A DNA stretch of 64,000 nt, taken from positions 1,374,421 through 1,438,420 of the forward strand of contig JAHDYR010000062.1 of NCBI GenBank assembly GCA_019828565.1. The letters are read 5' to 3'. The notes below the pieces were generated by a model, which did no database searches, was not told where the DNA came from, and was given only the letters and a program-made list of their open reading frames with translations. Every line of letters starts with the position of its first letter. Position 1 is the first letter of the stretch. The position numbers and the translations under genes are program-made. Shown one piece after another: positions 10,908-19,902 of this stretch. The DNA is from Carpediemonas membranifera BICM (Eukaryota; Protista; Fornicata).

Positions 10908-11396
10908 ATGCCCGCGGAAGTGAGACTTAACAAGGCGTATCTGGCGCATTCAGCATACACCAGAGAGAAGTATGAGAACGTTAGTAACAACAGAACCCGT
11001 ACAGGCGATCAATTGCTCGAGAAATCCGTTGCCCCCTCGCTATTCAACCTTGGAGGTGAGAAACCGACAAAACGACCAGCGTTCAGGCCAAGGTGTTCAG
11101 AGGGCTGCCAGACAGAGTGGTCACTCATGGACATCGAACCGCCCTTGCCCCGGCGCTATCGTCCCACCCATTCCAGCGAGCCAGTGAACGTCCCACGATC
11201 TACTGACCAGCCTGTGAGGCCAGTATACATCCCAGAGTATCACCCCAGCGCTTTCTTTCAGCCGAGCTCCTCGTTTTCCTCGAGCTCGGTTGGCTCCCGG
11301 CTGTATCCAAGTCTTGACCCGGCGAGCTTCATGCTACCAGAGAGCGCATACAGCATGGACGGCACCGACTCGTATCAGGGATGGGAGTCGCGCTGA
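10908..11396 (+). CDS. Hypothetical protein
   Basis: 162-aa ATG ORF filling the gap before METTL5. Confidence 0.5.
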   Translation: MPAEVRLNKAYLAHSAYTREKYENVSNNRTRTGDQLLEKSVAPSLFNLGGEKPTKRPAFRPRCSEGCQTEWSLMDIEPPLPRRYRPTHSSEPVNVPRSTDQPVRPVYIPEYHPSAFFQPSSSFSSSSVGSRLYPSLDPASFMLPESAYSMDGTDSYQGWESR

Positions 11397-11454
11397 TCCA
11401 GTATTGCCAATCATCGCTCTACGTATTTTGCAAAGCCAAAGAGCCTTCCGGCCA

Positions 11455-12069
11455 ATGAAGAAGAATTGGCAGCTTGAAGCTGATTTAGGCCACGTCAAAA
11501 TCTGGGAGACACCCAATGTGAAGCTTGAACAGTACCCTACAAGCCCCCACGTCGCTGCCATGCTCGTTCAGCTGGCCAGCGGCACGTATGGCGATATAGA
11601 GGGCAAGAACATCACTGATTTAGGATGCGGTGGTGGTATTCTTGGCATAGCAGCGCTTCTCATGGGCGCGGAGCACGTTACCTTCGTCGACATCGACGAT
11701 GCTGTGCTAGAGATCGCGAAGGAAAACGTCGCCCTCTTCGAGCTCACAGACCAAGCAACGTTCATCAACCAGGATGTAAGCGAGCTGTCCGTCCCCGAGA
11801 CTGACGTTGTGATCATGAATCCCCCCTTTGGTACCAAACGGAAGGGCATCGACGTCGTCTTCCTCGAGCAGGCATGTAAGATCGGACCGGTGGTCTACAG
11901 CCTCCATAAGATGTCCACAGACGAGTTCCTCGTCCGCAAGGTCGTGTCCTGGGGCTGCAAGGCGACTGTGGCGGCCCACGTGTCGTTTGATATCCCGGCG
12001 ATGTATAAGTTCCACAAGAAGGGCAAAGTCGCCGTAGAGGTCAGCCTCATTCGCATTGAACGCGGGTGA
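11455..12069 (+). CDS. METTL5: 18S rRNA m6A methyltransferase METTL5-like
   Basis: KLEQYPTSPHVAA, SAM-binding DLGCGGG, NPPFGTK and VYSLHK motifs. Confidence 0.92.
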   Translation: MKKNWQLEADLGHVKIWETPNVKLEQYPTSPHVAAMLVQLASGTYGDIEGKNITDLGCGGGILGIAALLMGAEHVTFVDIDDAVLEIAKENVALFELTDQATFINQDVSELSVPETDVVIMNPPFGTKRKGIDVVFLEQACKIGPVVYSLHKMSTDEFLVRKVVSWGCKATVAAHVSFDIPAMYKFHKKGKVAVEVSLIRIERG

Positions 12070-12439
12070 GGGGCTGCCGGATGCATCCTTAGAGACAAGG
12101 CGTGGTGAAGTGTTATTAAACGGCTCTTTACGCGTGGAGCAGCATCTGTATTGTCACCACTGGTGCCATGATTGACACAGCCGAGATCTAAAGATGATCA
12201 GGCGAATGTCTTGACGTGCCAGTAGCGATACCAGAGAAGGCGGTGTAGTAGAGACGGTAGTTTATTTGCAAAAACGTCCTTTTATGGAGTATCATAGAGT
12301 GCACAGTGCAAGCAGTAAAGTAACTCTCAATCGTCTATAGCAGACTTCGTTTTATTTAGGAGCAGTTTATGTCACTGCGCGTGTGGTATTTAGAGGGTTT
12401 ATGTGGAGGATTCATGTAAAGGTGACTTAAGCTGTCGAC

Positions 12440-14710
12440 CCCCCTGGGATGAACTCCAGAGGACTGAACAGGTTCAGTCTGACGGCCCACCTGTCGTACA
12501 CCAGAAGGGTAGCGGACATGAGGGCGTCGGCGATGGTAAGAGCGACGGTTCTGGGTCGTGGAAAGCGGTTGTAGCTAGTAGTAATGACGCTTTGTGTTGT
12601 ATGATGCTGGTTTCTTGTGTTTTGAGGGATGCTGCCAGCTGATGAACCCTGAAAAGAAATGATCGATGCAGGCAGCTCAATATACTCCGATGCCTTCCAA
12701 GATATACACGGTGAAGGCTTCCGTTAACAAGGCCATTGGCGAGATTAACGGTGGAGGCGATAAGAACGCGCCGCGGCGAGGAAATCTTGAACCCGACATG
12801 CGTTCTTTCACGCAGGCTAAGTACACATTCACTTGCCTGCTTGCGTGCGTCTCTGCATCTGCGCACGCGTTGACCCCACCGAGGACGGTCAACCTGTTCG
12901 ACCAGGAGGTCCTCAAGCAGATCGTCAGCATTGCTCAGCAAAAGGTGTCGAAGGCAAAGGCAGCGGATCGGTGCAGGTGGATTGGCGACCTGGCGATGTG
13001 GAGGGACCCTGACATAACCCCACTCGTCCAGGACTTCGTCACGGCTTATAGCTACCTTGGCTTGTGCAAGCCATTTGACACCTGTTGGGCGAGTACTCCA
13101 CAGCCACCCGGGTCAGGCTCTCGCGCGCGTCACCCGGGTACCTGACCCGTCTTCGTGCTGGATTAGAACGGGTGCGTCCGCTCCTCCATGATGAGGGTGT
13201 TCGACAGGATTTTCTCGACACCCTAGGCGAGCTCGACACTGAGGTTGCCGCAATATCCGCCGATCATGACATGCATCATCGACAAATGCATGCATTGCCC
13301 GAGGAGCAGCGGGTGGGTCGCACTGGTACCGTGGCCGAGGCCCTCGTCGGCGTGCTGTCGTGCGTCACGCGCATGAGTGCTGCAGTAACCAAGCTGGTCA
13401 CACTCGCTCGTGCCGTGAACCTCGAGTTCAGCCAGGCTCTGCCAGAGCCGAAGCTCATTCCGTTCGTGCCGATGGCACCGGCCAAGCCTGGGTTCATGAC
13501 CATCGAGCGCGGAGTAACAGCGCTCACCCCAGCGATGAAGAGGCGCCTGCGTGTGCACGTGAATTGGTCAGCAACCAAGAATTTGACCGACGAGCAGGTG
13601 GCTGAATACGAGCGTGATCACGGCGACATCACCAAGCTCCGCAGAGTGCTCTCTGTGAAGACTGACGGGGTCTCTGTTGCTGTGACGGTTTGGGTGGGTC
13701 GCGAGAAATACAGTGGCGGTCGGGTGGCTGACCGGCCCACGTACAAAAAGGGTAGCAACAAGCGGGCTCGGCTCGGTCAGGATGACGCCGAGGCTACTCC
13801 TGCCCCGGACATTCAAGCTCTCATGGGCTTCGACCCTGGTGCTCGGTCGCTGGGCGGCTACACGATCCGCCGCCCAGACGGGCAGAGTGTATCTGGCGTA
13901 CTCGCTAAGTGTGGCTACACTGCCACCCCCTCTTTCCGCGTGAATATGAGCGCAGCATCGTTCAAAACGACAAGTCTAGAGGCTCTCAAACAGTCGATTA
14001 GGTTTGTCCATGAGAACATCGTTCAGATCATCAACGAGGGGACGAGAAAGTGTTTCCGCCGTGCGACTTTTGCCAATCACTGTCTGCGCCTGAAGCACTT
14101 CGCCCGGGCTGGACGTCAACTCCTGGATGATCTCGGCGGGCGCCCCCCGGAGCCCATTCATCTCGAAGTCGCGTATGGGGCTGCACTGTTCGGTTCCGCC
14201 GGCACTCCCTCCTGTGCTCCGTACCGCCACTTTGCTCGAGCTCTTCCTGGCATCATGCTCCGGCACAACGTCGTCGTGAGTGTCAACATGGTCTCCGAAT
14301 TCCGCACTTCCATCGTGTGCCCACACTGCAAAGCACACTTCAGACGTGTGGTGTACATACACCGCACCATGCTCTGCCAGAATCCCGCGTGCGAGGGAGC
14401 TCCATGGCGCGTTGAACGGCTTCGTCGGCATCCCGAGCAGAGAGACACACTTCTCAATCTCTCTCACCGAGATAAGAGCGCCAGCGAGAACATCCTTTGG
14501 TGCACCTACGATGCAACTTCAGATCAGATAGAGCAATCTCCTTTCCACTACGACTCCCAGAGAGGTGCTCTTCCTCGCTATCATTAACTTGCTAAGTTGA
14601 GCAAACACGCGCTGCAGCGCGCGTGATATGCAGCGCACGATTGATAGAGTATGATGAACCACACTGCGATCCTGATGCTGCTTGGATCACTGTGTTTTGG
14701 ACTCAACAAT
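12440..14710 (+). mobile_element. Probable Fanzor-carrying non-autonomous transposon; termini not resolved
   Basis: The Fanzor ORF sits between housekeeping genes with an unusually long (~600 bp) upstream non-coding tract. No transposase is adjacent, and a second partial copy lies at 54675-54849. Confidence 0.45.
12666..14587 (+). CDS. Fanzor1-type RNA-guided endonuclease (eukaryotic TnpB/Cas12 relative), split over two overlapping frames (12666-13145 and 13085-14587)
   Basis: N-terminal YTVKASVNKAI; PFVPMAPAKPGFMTIE; SVKTDGVSVAV; RuvC-I MGFDPG (D codon 13832); VAYGAALFG; RuvC-II VSEFRTSIVCPHC (E codon 14297); zinc-finger LCQNPAC; RuvC-III HRDKSASENI (D codon 14471). About 630 aa if joined. 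Confidence 0.88.
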
Positions 14711-14730
14711 TCTAATCCTGCGCAGCACAG
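14588..14730 (+). ncRNA. Candidate Fanzor omegaRNA (scaffold plus 3' guide)
   Basis: Directly after the Fanzor stop. GTTGAG-C-AAACAC (14596-14608) can pair with GTGTTT-TGGA-CTCAAC (14692-14707). Internal hairpin options are CACGCGC/GCGCGTG and GATCC/GGATC. Confidence 0.5.
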
Positions 14731-14746
14731 CGCGACAGCGCCCCAA

Positions 14747-16630
14747 ATGGATCGAGGTGGCGATGATTGGAACTTTTATCACGTCAACGATCATCACAAT
14801 GGCATCAAAGACAGCCTTGAGACTTGGCCTGTAGATTCGACCGGCCAGGAAGACGATCTCGATGAACACGCTAGCTCTGGGCATTCTTCGCTCTCTACGT
14901 CCAAAGATTCGAATGAAACGGGTCAGTATGAGAGCACAATTGACCTCGGCTCCGCTCTTGATCGGTTGATCAATCGTGTGAACGGTGGAGGAAGATCATC
15001 AGCCAATTCCTCTCGCCACCGTGGCTCCCGCCCTTATAACGGGAGAAGACCCACGGCTACACCACCACTTGACTCCATCATGGCTGTTTCAGAGATTGAC
15101 AAAATCGTTGGCCGATACAACATCGGTCTGGCACACACAATGACCTGGCGCAATGGCCTCGCCCGCCGCCTTGAGACGGGCGGTTCTCGGTCCCAGAGCA
15201 GAGAGGTACAGCGTATGACGTGCAACATGCTCAACGAGCTGGCTCAAAAAGCTGCCGGAAAGCAGGCTGTCGTGTCATCCTCTGGCATCTTCTACCCGTT
15301 CATCCATGGTAATGCCAGGATCAGGGGCAAAATTTCCGACGGTGTCGCGTGGGTGGCCAAGTATCTGGCACATCAGGGGGTGCCGGATGAAGATTTGCCG
15401 GAATGCGTCTCAGTACGGACGTATGGACACAACTACGACCGGGCTGCCGGATCCAGAGGCAGCCAGAGGATAGCCCAGGCGTCACAATCCATGTCTGACA
15501 CACTTTTCCCAGTGACAACCCCATGCCGGAAACTCCAGTCAGACCCGTTTATCCGGGACCAGACTCTGATCGCCCAGTTTGGTATTAACATCGCCTCCAG
15601 GGCTGCCAGCAACTCTGGGGTCCGCATAGAGTTTGACATGACTCCGGTCGCGATCCAGCAGTTTAAGGCAGCGGTTGAGCTCCCCTGTGAGATCAAGCCG
15701 CCGGCCCAAGACGAGCACGCGTCGCAGTCAGACAGCGAGTTTGACGAGCCCGCGCCCGCATCTATCCCCGATGCTCGCAAGGTGATTCTGCTCCGCTTCG
15801 ACTCCCCCGGCGGAGTCTACCCGTGGCTCCGGAACGACGGGGTTTACGTGACGGTGGATGGACAGTCCAGGATGGTCGGCCCCAAAGAGATGGAAGCTGC
15901 GAGTGCGTCAACGAAGGCGGTATATGGCATGCCGCTGTCGAGGGTCATTCCCCGATCAGTGGATCTTACAGCCACCGTGAGCAGAGCTCTAGGCGCTACA
16001 CGGGACCAGAAGCATATTATCATTGAGTATAAGCCCGCGCCTGGGAGAGACCTGCCCAACCCTGGTGCTTTCGCCAACGGCATTCTGTTTGTGGAGACGG
16101 GCACCCTGTACTCGCCCTGGGCCCTCGGCCAAGTCATCAGCAACTCGCCCGACAAGTCAATATCGTCGAATCCTGCTCTGAGCGATGAATCTGAATGTGA
16201 GGACGATTTCCATCAGGAACTTACCCGAATCTCACTCGACGACCCCCTCGCCTTCACCAGAATTAAGATTCCCGGCCGCTCTGTCAATTGTCGCCACACG
16301 CAGTGCTTCGACATCGCCGTGTTCCTGGAATTCGTTCGGGAGACAGCCAACTTCAACTGCCCGATTTGCACCCAGCCGACCGCCCCGGAAGACCTGAGGG
16401 TCGACAGCTTTGTCATATACCTACTCGGCATGCTGCCGGATAAGGACCAGGTGCTTGTTGACCGGGCTGGACGAGTTGTCAACGAACCGGTGCACGGTCG
16501 ACGGTCGAGGGCGAGGGCGGGTCACATGTCGAGGGAGCCACCTCTTCCGATCGCGAAGAAGCGAGAGCCTGACCCGTGGCCGTCTGGAGTGAATTCTGGG
16601 ACAGCTGAAGACCCTTGGGAGATTGAGTGA
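14747..16630 (+). CDS. SP-RING (MIZ zinc finger) SUMO E3 ligase, Siz/PIAS-like
   Basis: ISLDDPLAFTRIKIPGRSVNCRHTQCFD...FNCPIC is an SP-RING domain. The ORF is open from 14651, but ATG 14747 is preferred because the upstream part overlaps the structured RNA candidate. Confidence 0.8.
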   Translation: MDRGGDDWNFYHVNDHHNGIKDSLETWPVDSTGQEDDLDEHASSGHSSLSTSKDSNETGQYESTIDLGSALDRLINRVNGGGRSSANSSRHRGSRPYNGRRPTATPPLDSIMAVSEIDKIVGRYNIGLAHTMTWRNGLARRLETGGSRSQSREVQRMTCNMLNELAQKAAGKQAVVSSSGIFYPFIHGNARIRGKISDGVAWVAKYLAHQGVPDEDLPECVSVRTYGHNYDRAAGSRGSQRIAQASQSMSDTLFPVTTPCRKLQSDPFIRDQTLIAQFGINIASRAASNSGVRIEFDMTPVAIQQFKAAVELPCEIKPPAQDEHASQSDSEFDEPAPASIPDARKVILLRFDSPGGVYPWLRNDGVYVTVDGQSRMVGPKEMEAASASTKAVYGMPLSRVIPRSVDLTATVSRALGATRDQKHIIIEYKPAPGRDLPNPGAFANGILFVETGTLYSPWALGQVISNSPDKSISSNPALSDESECEDDFHQELTRISLDDPLAFTRIKIPGRSVNCRHTQCFDIAVFLEFVRETANFNCPICTQPTAPEDLRVDSFVIYLLGMLPDKDQVLVDRAGRVVNEPVHGRRSRARAGHMSREPPLPIAKKREPDPWPSGVNSGTAEDPWEIE

Positions 16631-16925
16631 GGTGACAACCTGACGCCGGCGATAAATTATTCCACAGTTCCAGGTGTGGGGCCAAGTAGTGTGAGGTTGT
16701 ACCACCTACTATCGGTTGTCTTGGCAAGACTGGGGTCGGCTTCAACATCACAGCGTCTCGTTCGAGTGAATGAGTGACACCAGCCTGCTAGATGGTTGCG
16801 TCAACAAATAAACACGTCAACAGCGCCGTTGACAGGTCTCGGCACATTCAATTGTCCCCAGTTTCTAAGCGTCATGCTCATCAGGCCATGGCATATTCTG
16901 CGCGTTGAGCTGTCATACAAGAAAC

Positions 16926-17708
16926 ATGAATTCGCCCCAAGGACGAGTAGAAGGACGAGAAGAGGCCGAAGATCAAGTTCAAATCGACCTAAACGAGAAT
17001 CTATCGCCAGAGCCCGCGAAGGTGACGACATTCGTGCCTCCACAGCCTGAGGCTTCAGAGCCGACGCCAGCGTCAGATATGCCGGTCCCAATGGCCCCAA
17101 TGGCCTTCCCAAGCGACAACAGCGACCCTAAGGAGCGGATGTCCCTCAGAGACCAATTGCATGCTGAAACACTCCCAGATCTTGTCCGTTCCCTCTCTGA
17201 AGAAGCGGTGGCGACGTACCGCCAGGTCATGGCGATGTCTCTGCCCATGAAGAAGGAGCGGTGGCTGGTAGCTGCTGCCCTCTCGGCAATCTTCTTCCTT
17301 CGCGTGCTGATTGCGAGGAAATGGGTCTTCATTGCCTACTGTCTGAGCATCTACCTGCTTTCCAGACTCCTCCTCTTCGTCACACCCAACGTGGACCCCG
17401 AGGACAGCCCGTCCAACTCCCTGCCGACGTATGAGAATGACGAGTACCGTCCCTTTGTGTCCCGGCTGTCTGAGTTCAGGTTCTGGCAGAGGTACATCGA
17501 GGCGCAGATCGTCGCACTCTTCCTCACGTTGACGACGCTTACTAACATCCCTGTGGTGTGGCAGATGTTGGTCATCTACTTTGTTCTCCTCGCAGGCTTC
17601 TCGCTGACGCGGGAGATTAGCAGGATGCGCCGCTTCAAGTACGCTCCGGACATTCCCTTCCTCCGCAAGCTTGTGGGGATTGCGTCAAAGCCGCAGTTTT
17701 CGAAGTAA
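16926..17708 (+). CDS. RER1: Golgi-to-ER retrieval receptor Rer1
   Basis: RW...IYLLSRLLLFVTPNVDP, LPT.ENDEYRPFVSRLSEFRFW, IPVVWQMLVIYF and MRRFKY motifs. Confidence 0.92.
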   Translation: MNSPQGRVEGREEAEDQVQIDLNENLSPEPAKVTTFVPPQPEASEPTPASDMPVPMAPMAFPSDNSDPKERMSLRDQLHAETLPDLVRSLSEEAVATYRQVMAMSLPMKKERWLVAAALSAIFFLRVLIARKWVFIAYCLSIYLLSRLLLFVTPNVDPEDSPSNSLPTYENDEYRPFVSRLSEFRFWQRYIEAQIVALFLTLTTLTNIPVVWQMLVIYFVLLAGFSLTREISRMRRFKYAPDIPFLRKLVGIASKPQFSK

Positions 17709-17907
17709 AGTGTTTTGAACCTCGCCCGAGTACTTTTTTGCTCGTCACCGTTAGCCAACCCTGGGGGTTTTGCCGAAAACGAGCAGATAATGCACGCGTA
17801 CTCTTCATACAGTCTGCCTTGACGACATTGGTGGGCTCCGTCCGATTCCGTTCGATTGATTAGGACTAATCAGATGATGCGTGTCAAAGGATCGTTTGCT
17901 TGATATA

Positions 17908-18592
17908 ATGCCACCCATCACGACAGGCTCATCGGTATTAGCCATAAAGTACGCTGACGGCGTCATGATTGCGGCTGATACTTTGGTATCATACGGAAGC
18001 CTCGCCAGGTTCAAGAACGAGAGTAGATTGAAGAAAGTGAGCGAGAATTGCATCCTCGCATTCACAGGAGATCACTCAGACTTCCAGTACATCTCTGAAA
18101 TGATAGAAGACGAAATGTATGTACATCATGTCCCTTTTCTCACACAGAGAGCGCGATCGCTTCATCGACGATGGTGTCGTCCGCTCACCCGCCGAGATCC
18201 ACTCTCTTCTCGGCCGCATAATGTATCACAGACGCAGCAAGATGGAGCCTCTGTGGGACACGCTCATTGTCGCGGGGCGGGACGCCTCTGGCACGTTTAT
18301 CGGAAACACTGACCTCCAGGGCACCGTCTTCTCCGATGACTTCATGGCCACGGGGTACGGCGCATACATGGCTCTGCCTATTATCCGTAAGAAGTGGCGG
18401 GCAGACATGGACCAGCAGGCGGCCCTCGGACTCCTAGAGGAGTGCCTCAAGGTACTGTTCTTCAGAGATGCAAGGTCGACCGCGAATGTGCAGCTCGCTA
18501 AGGTTACCGCGGACGGCGTGCAGATTACGGAGCCGTACCGCATCGATCAGGAGGCGTACTGGGAGTTCGGCCGCCAGGTTGTGGGCATTTGA
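17908..18592 (+). CDS. PSMB4: 20S proteasome subunit beta type-4/beta7 (Pre4), two exons (17908-18116, 18148-18592)
   Basis: PITTGSSVLAIKYADGVMIAADTLVSYGSLARF, MYHRRSKMEPLW and ATGYGAYMALP. A 31-nt intron joins the two ORFs. Confidence 0.93.
18117..18147 (+). other. Spliceosomal intron (31 nt)
   Basis: GTATGT...CTCACACAG; removal joins the two PSMB4 frames. Confidence 0.85.
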
Positions 18593-18708
18593 GGGTGGTA
18601 AATAGCTGAGTTGGGACAAGAGGTTGGTGAATGGCGAGATTTACATGATTTATGTGCTGTCAACATTTCATCGAATTGCAAACTCCAAAACCTCACCAAA
18701 CTCACAAT

Positions 18709-19530
18709 ATGAGCGACGCGCAGTACGAAGCTGGCCTCGATTTGGTCCGCCGTCTTGCTCCTACCAAAATCCCAGAGCTTGTCGGCCATCTGTGCAGCCT
18801 TTGCCCGGATCTTACTGATGATTGGCTTACATCCATCGATCAGCCCCTCCAGGTGAAGAGATGCGCTCAGACCGGCCGTGATTTCATCCTTTGCGACTAT
18901 AACCGCGACGCTGACAGCTACCGTTCGCCCTTCTCCAACGAGTACGAGCCTCCGCTCGAGGACGCCGTCCTTCCCCCGGACAACCTCCGCCAGCTCGAGG
19001 CTGAGGCCAACGACATCTTCGCCACCTTCACGAAGCTGTACTACGAGAGCGGCGTGTGCTCCGTATACGCCTGGGACCCCGCCACCGAGGACGGGGCCTT
19101 TGCCATGGGCGTATTCATCCACAAGGTCGGCGAGGGCCACCGCGGCCTGGACCAGGGTGTGTGGGACTCCATCCACGTCTTCGAGGTCGTCCCCGAGGGC
19201 GATAAGTTCGCCTACCGCCTGACTACCACCGTGCTTCTCTCCATGAACGCCAGCGGCACCGGCCTCAAGACCCTCGCCGGCAGCTACACCCAGCAGGCGG
19301 AGAACAACCTCAAGGCAGGCTCTGGCTGGCACGACCACGTGGTGAACATGGGCAAGATGGTCGAGACAATGGAGAACCAGATGCGGAACAGCCTGCAGTC
19401 CGTGTACTTCGGCAAGGCCAAGGACGTCCTGGGTGAACTCCGGGATGCGGCGGGTGCCAGCCAGACCCAGCGGATGGCCGCCCTCCAGAGCTCCCTGGCG
19501 GCCCAGCTTAAGGCCAGGAACGCCATGTAA
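18709..19530 (+). CDS. CAPZB: F-actin capping protein beta subunit
   Basis: LDLVRRLAP, SIDQPLQV, LCDYNRDADSYRSPFSNEY, WDSIHVFEV and HVVNMGKMVE. Confidence 0.96.
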   Translation: MSDAQYEAGLDLVRRLAPTKIPELVGHLCSLCPDLTDDWLTSIDQPLQVKRCAQTGRDFILCDYNRDADSYRSPFSNEYEPPLEDAVLPPDNLRQLEAEANDIFATFTKLYYESGVCSVYAWDPATEDGAFAMGVFIHKVGEGHRGLDQGVWDSIHVFEVVPEGDKFAYRLTTTVLLSMNASGTGLKTLAGSYTQQAENNLKAGSGWHDHVVNMGKMVETMENQMRNSLQSVYFGKAKDVLGELRDAAGASQTQRMAALQSSLAAQLKARNAM

Positions 19531-19902
19531 AGAAGGATATTGGGGGCGTTGGTCTAGCTTGGTGGTCAGTTTTCGCTGTTTTAGGAGTGGTCAACGGCGG
19601 GGACATTGGTCGAATATTATTGAGTTGATGACTTGTGATTTCTGTAAATGATTGAGCGAATGAGATGAAGCGATCATGGAGTCAAGCAGGCATGCAAGGG
19701 GAGTGGGTGGGACGGCTGGCACCTCGCGAAGATGAACGGGAGGAGGTTGCGGTGGCGGCGGCATAGGATCATGGGCAGACAAAGCAGCTAGCATTTGTTG
19801 ACTGTCAAATCTCTAGATACGACTCGACTACAAGTAATTGGTCATGCCAAGTCCTCTCAGCTCATTGTCTGCATTTATTATAGAATACAAGATCAGCCTG
19901 CC

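Noticed and set aside
12225-12285. U6-like CGATACCAGAGAAG and U2-like GTGTAGTA words upstream of Fanzor
   Set aside because: The ACAGAGA box is broken, there is no AGC triad or U2 stem context, and the two words belong to different snRNAs.
14651-14675. C/D-box-like ATGATGA...CTGA
   Set aside because: Only 14 nt between the boxes and no recognisable rRNA antisense element; better explained within the omegaRNA candidate.
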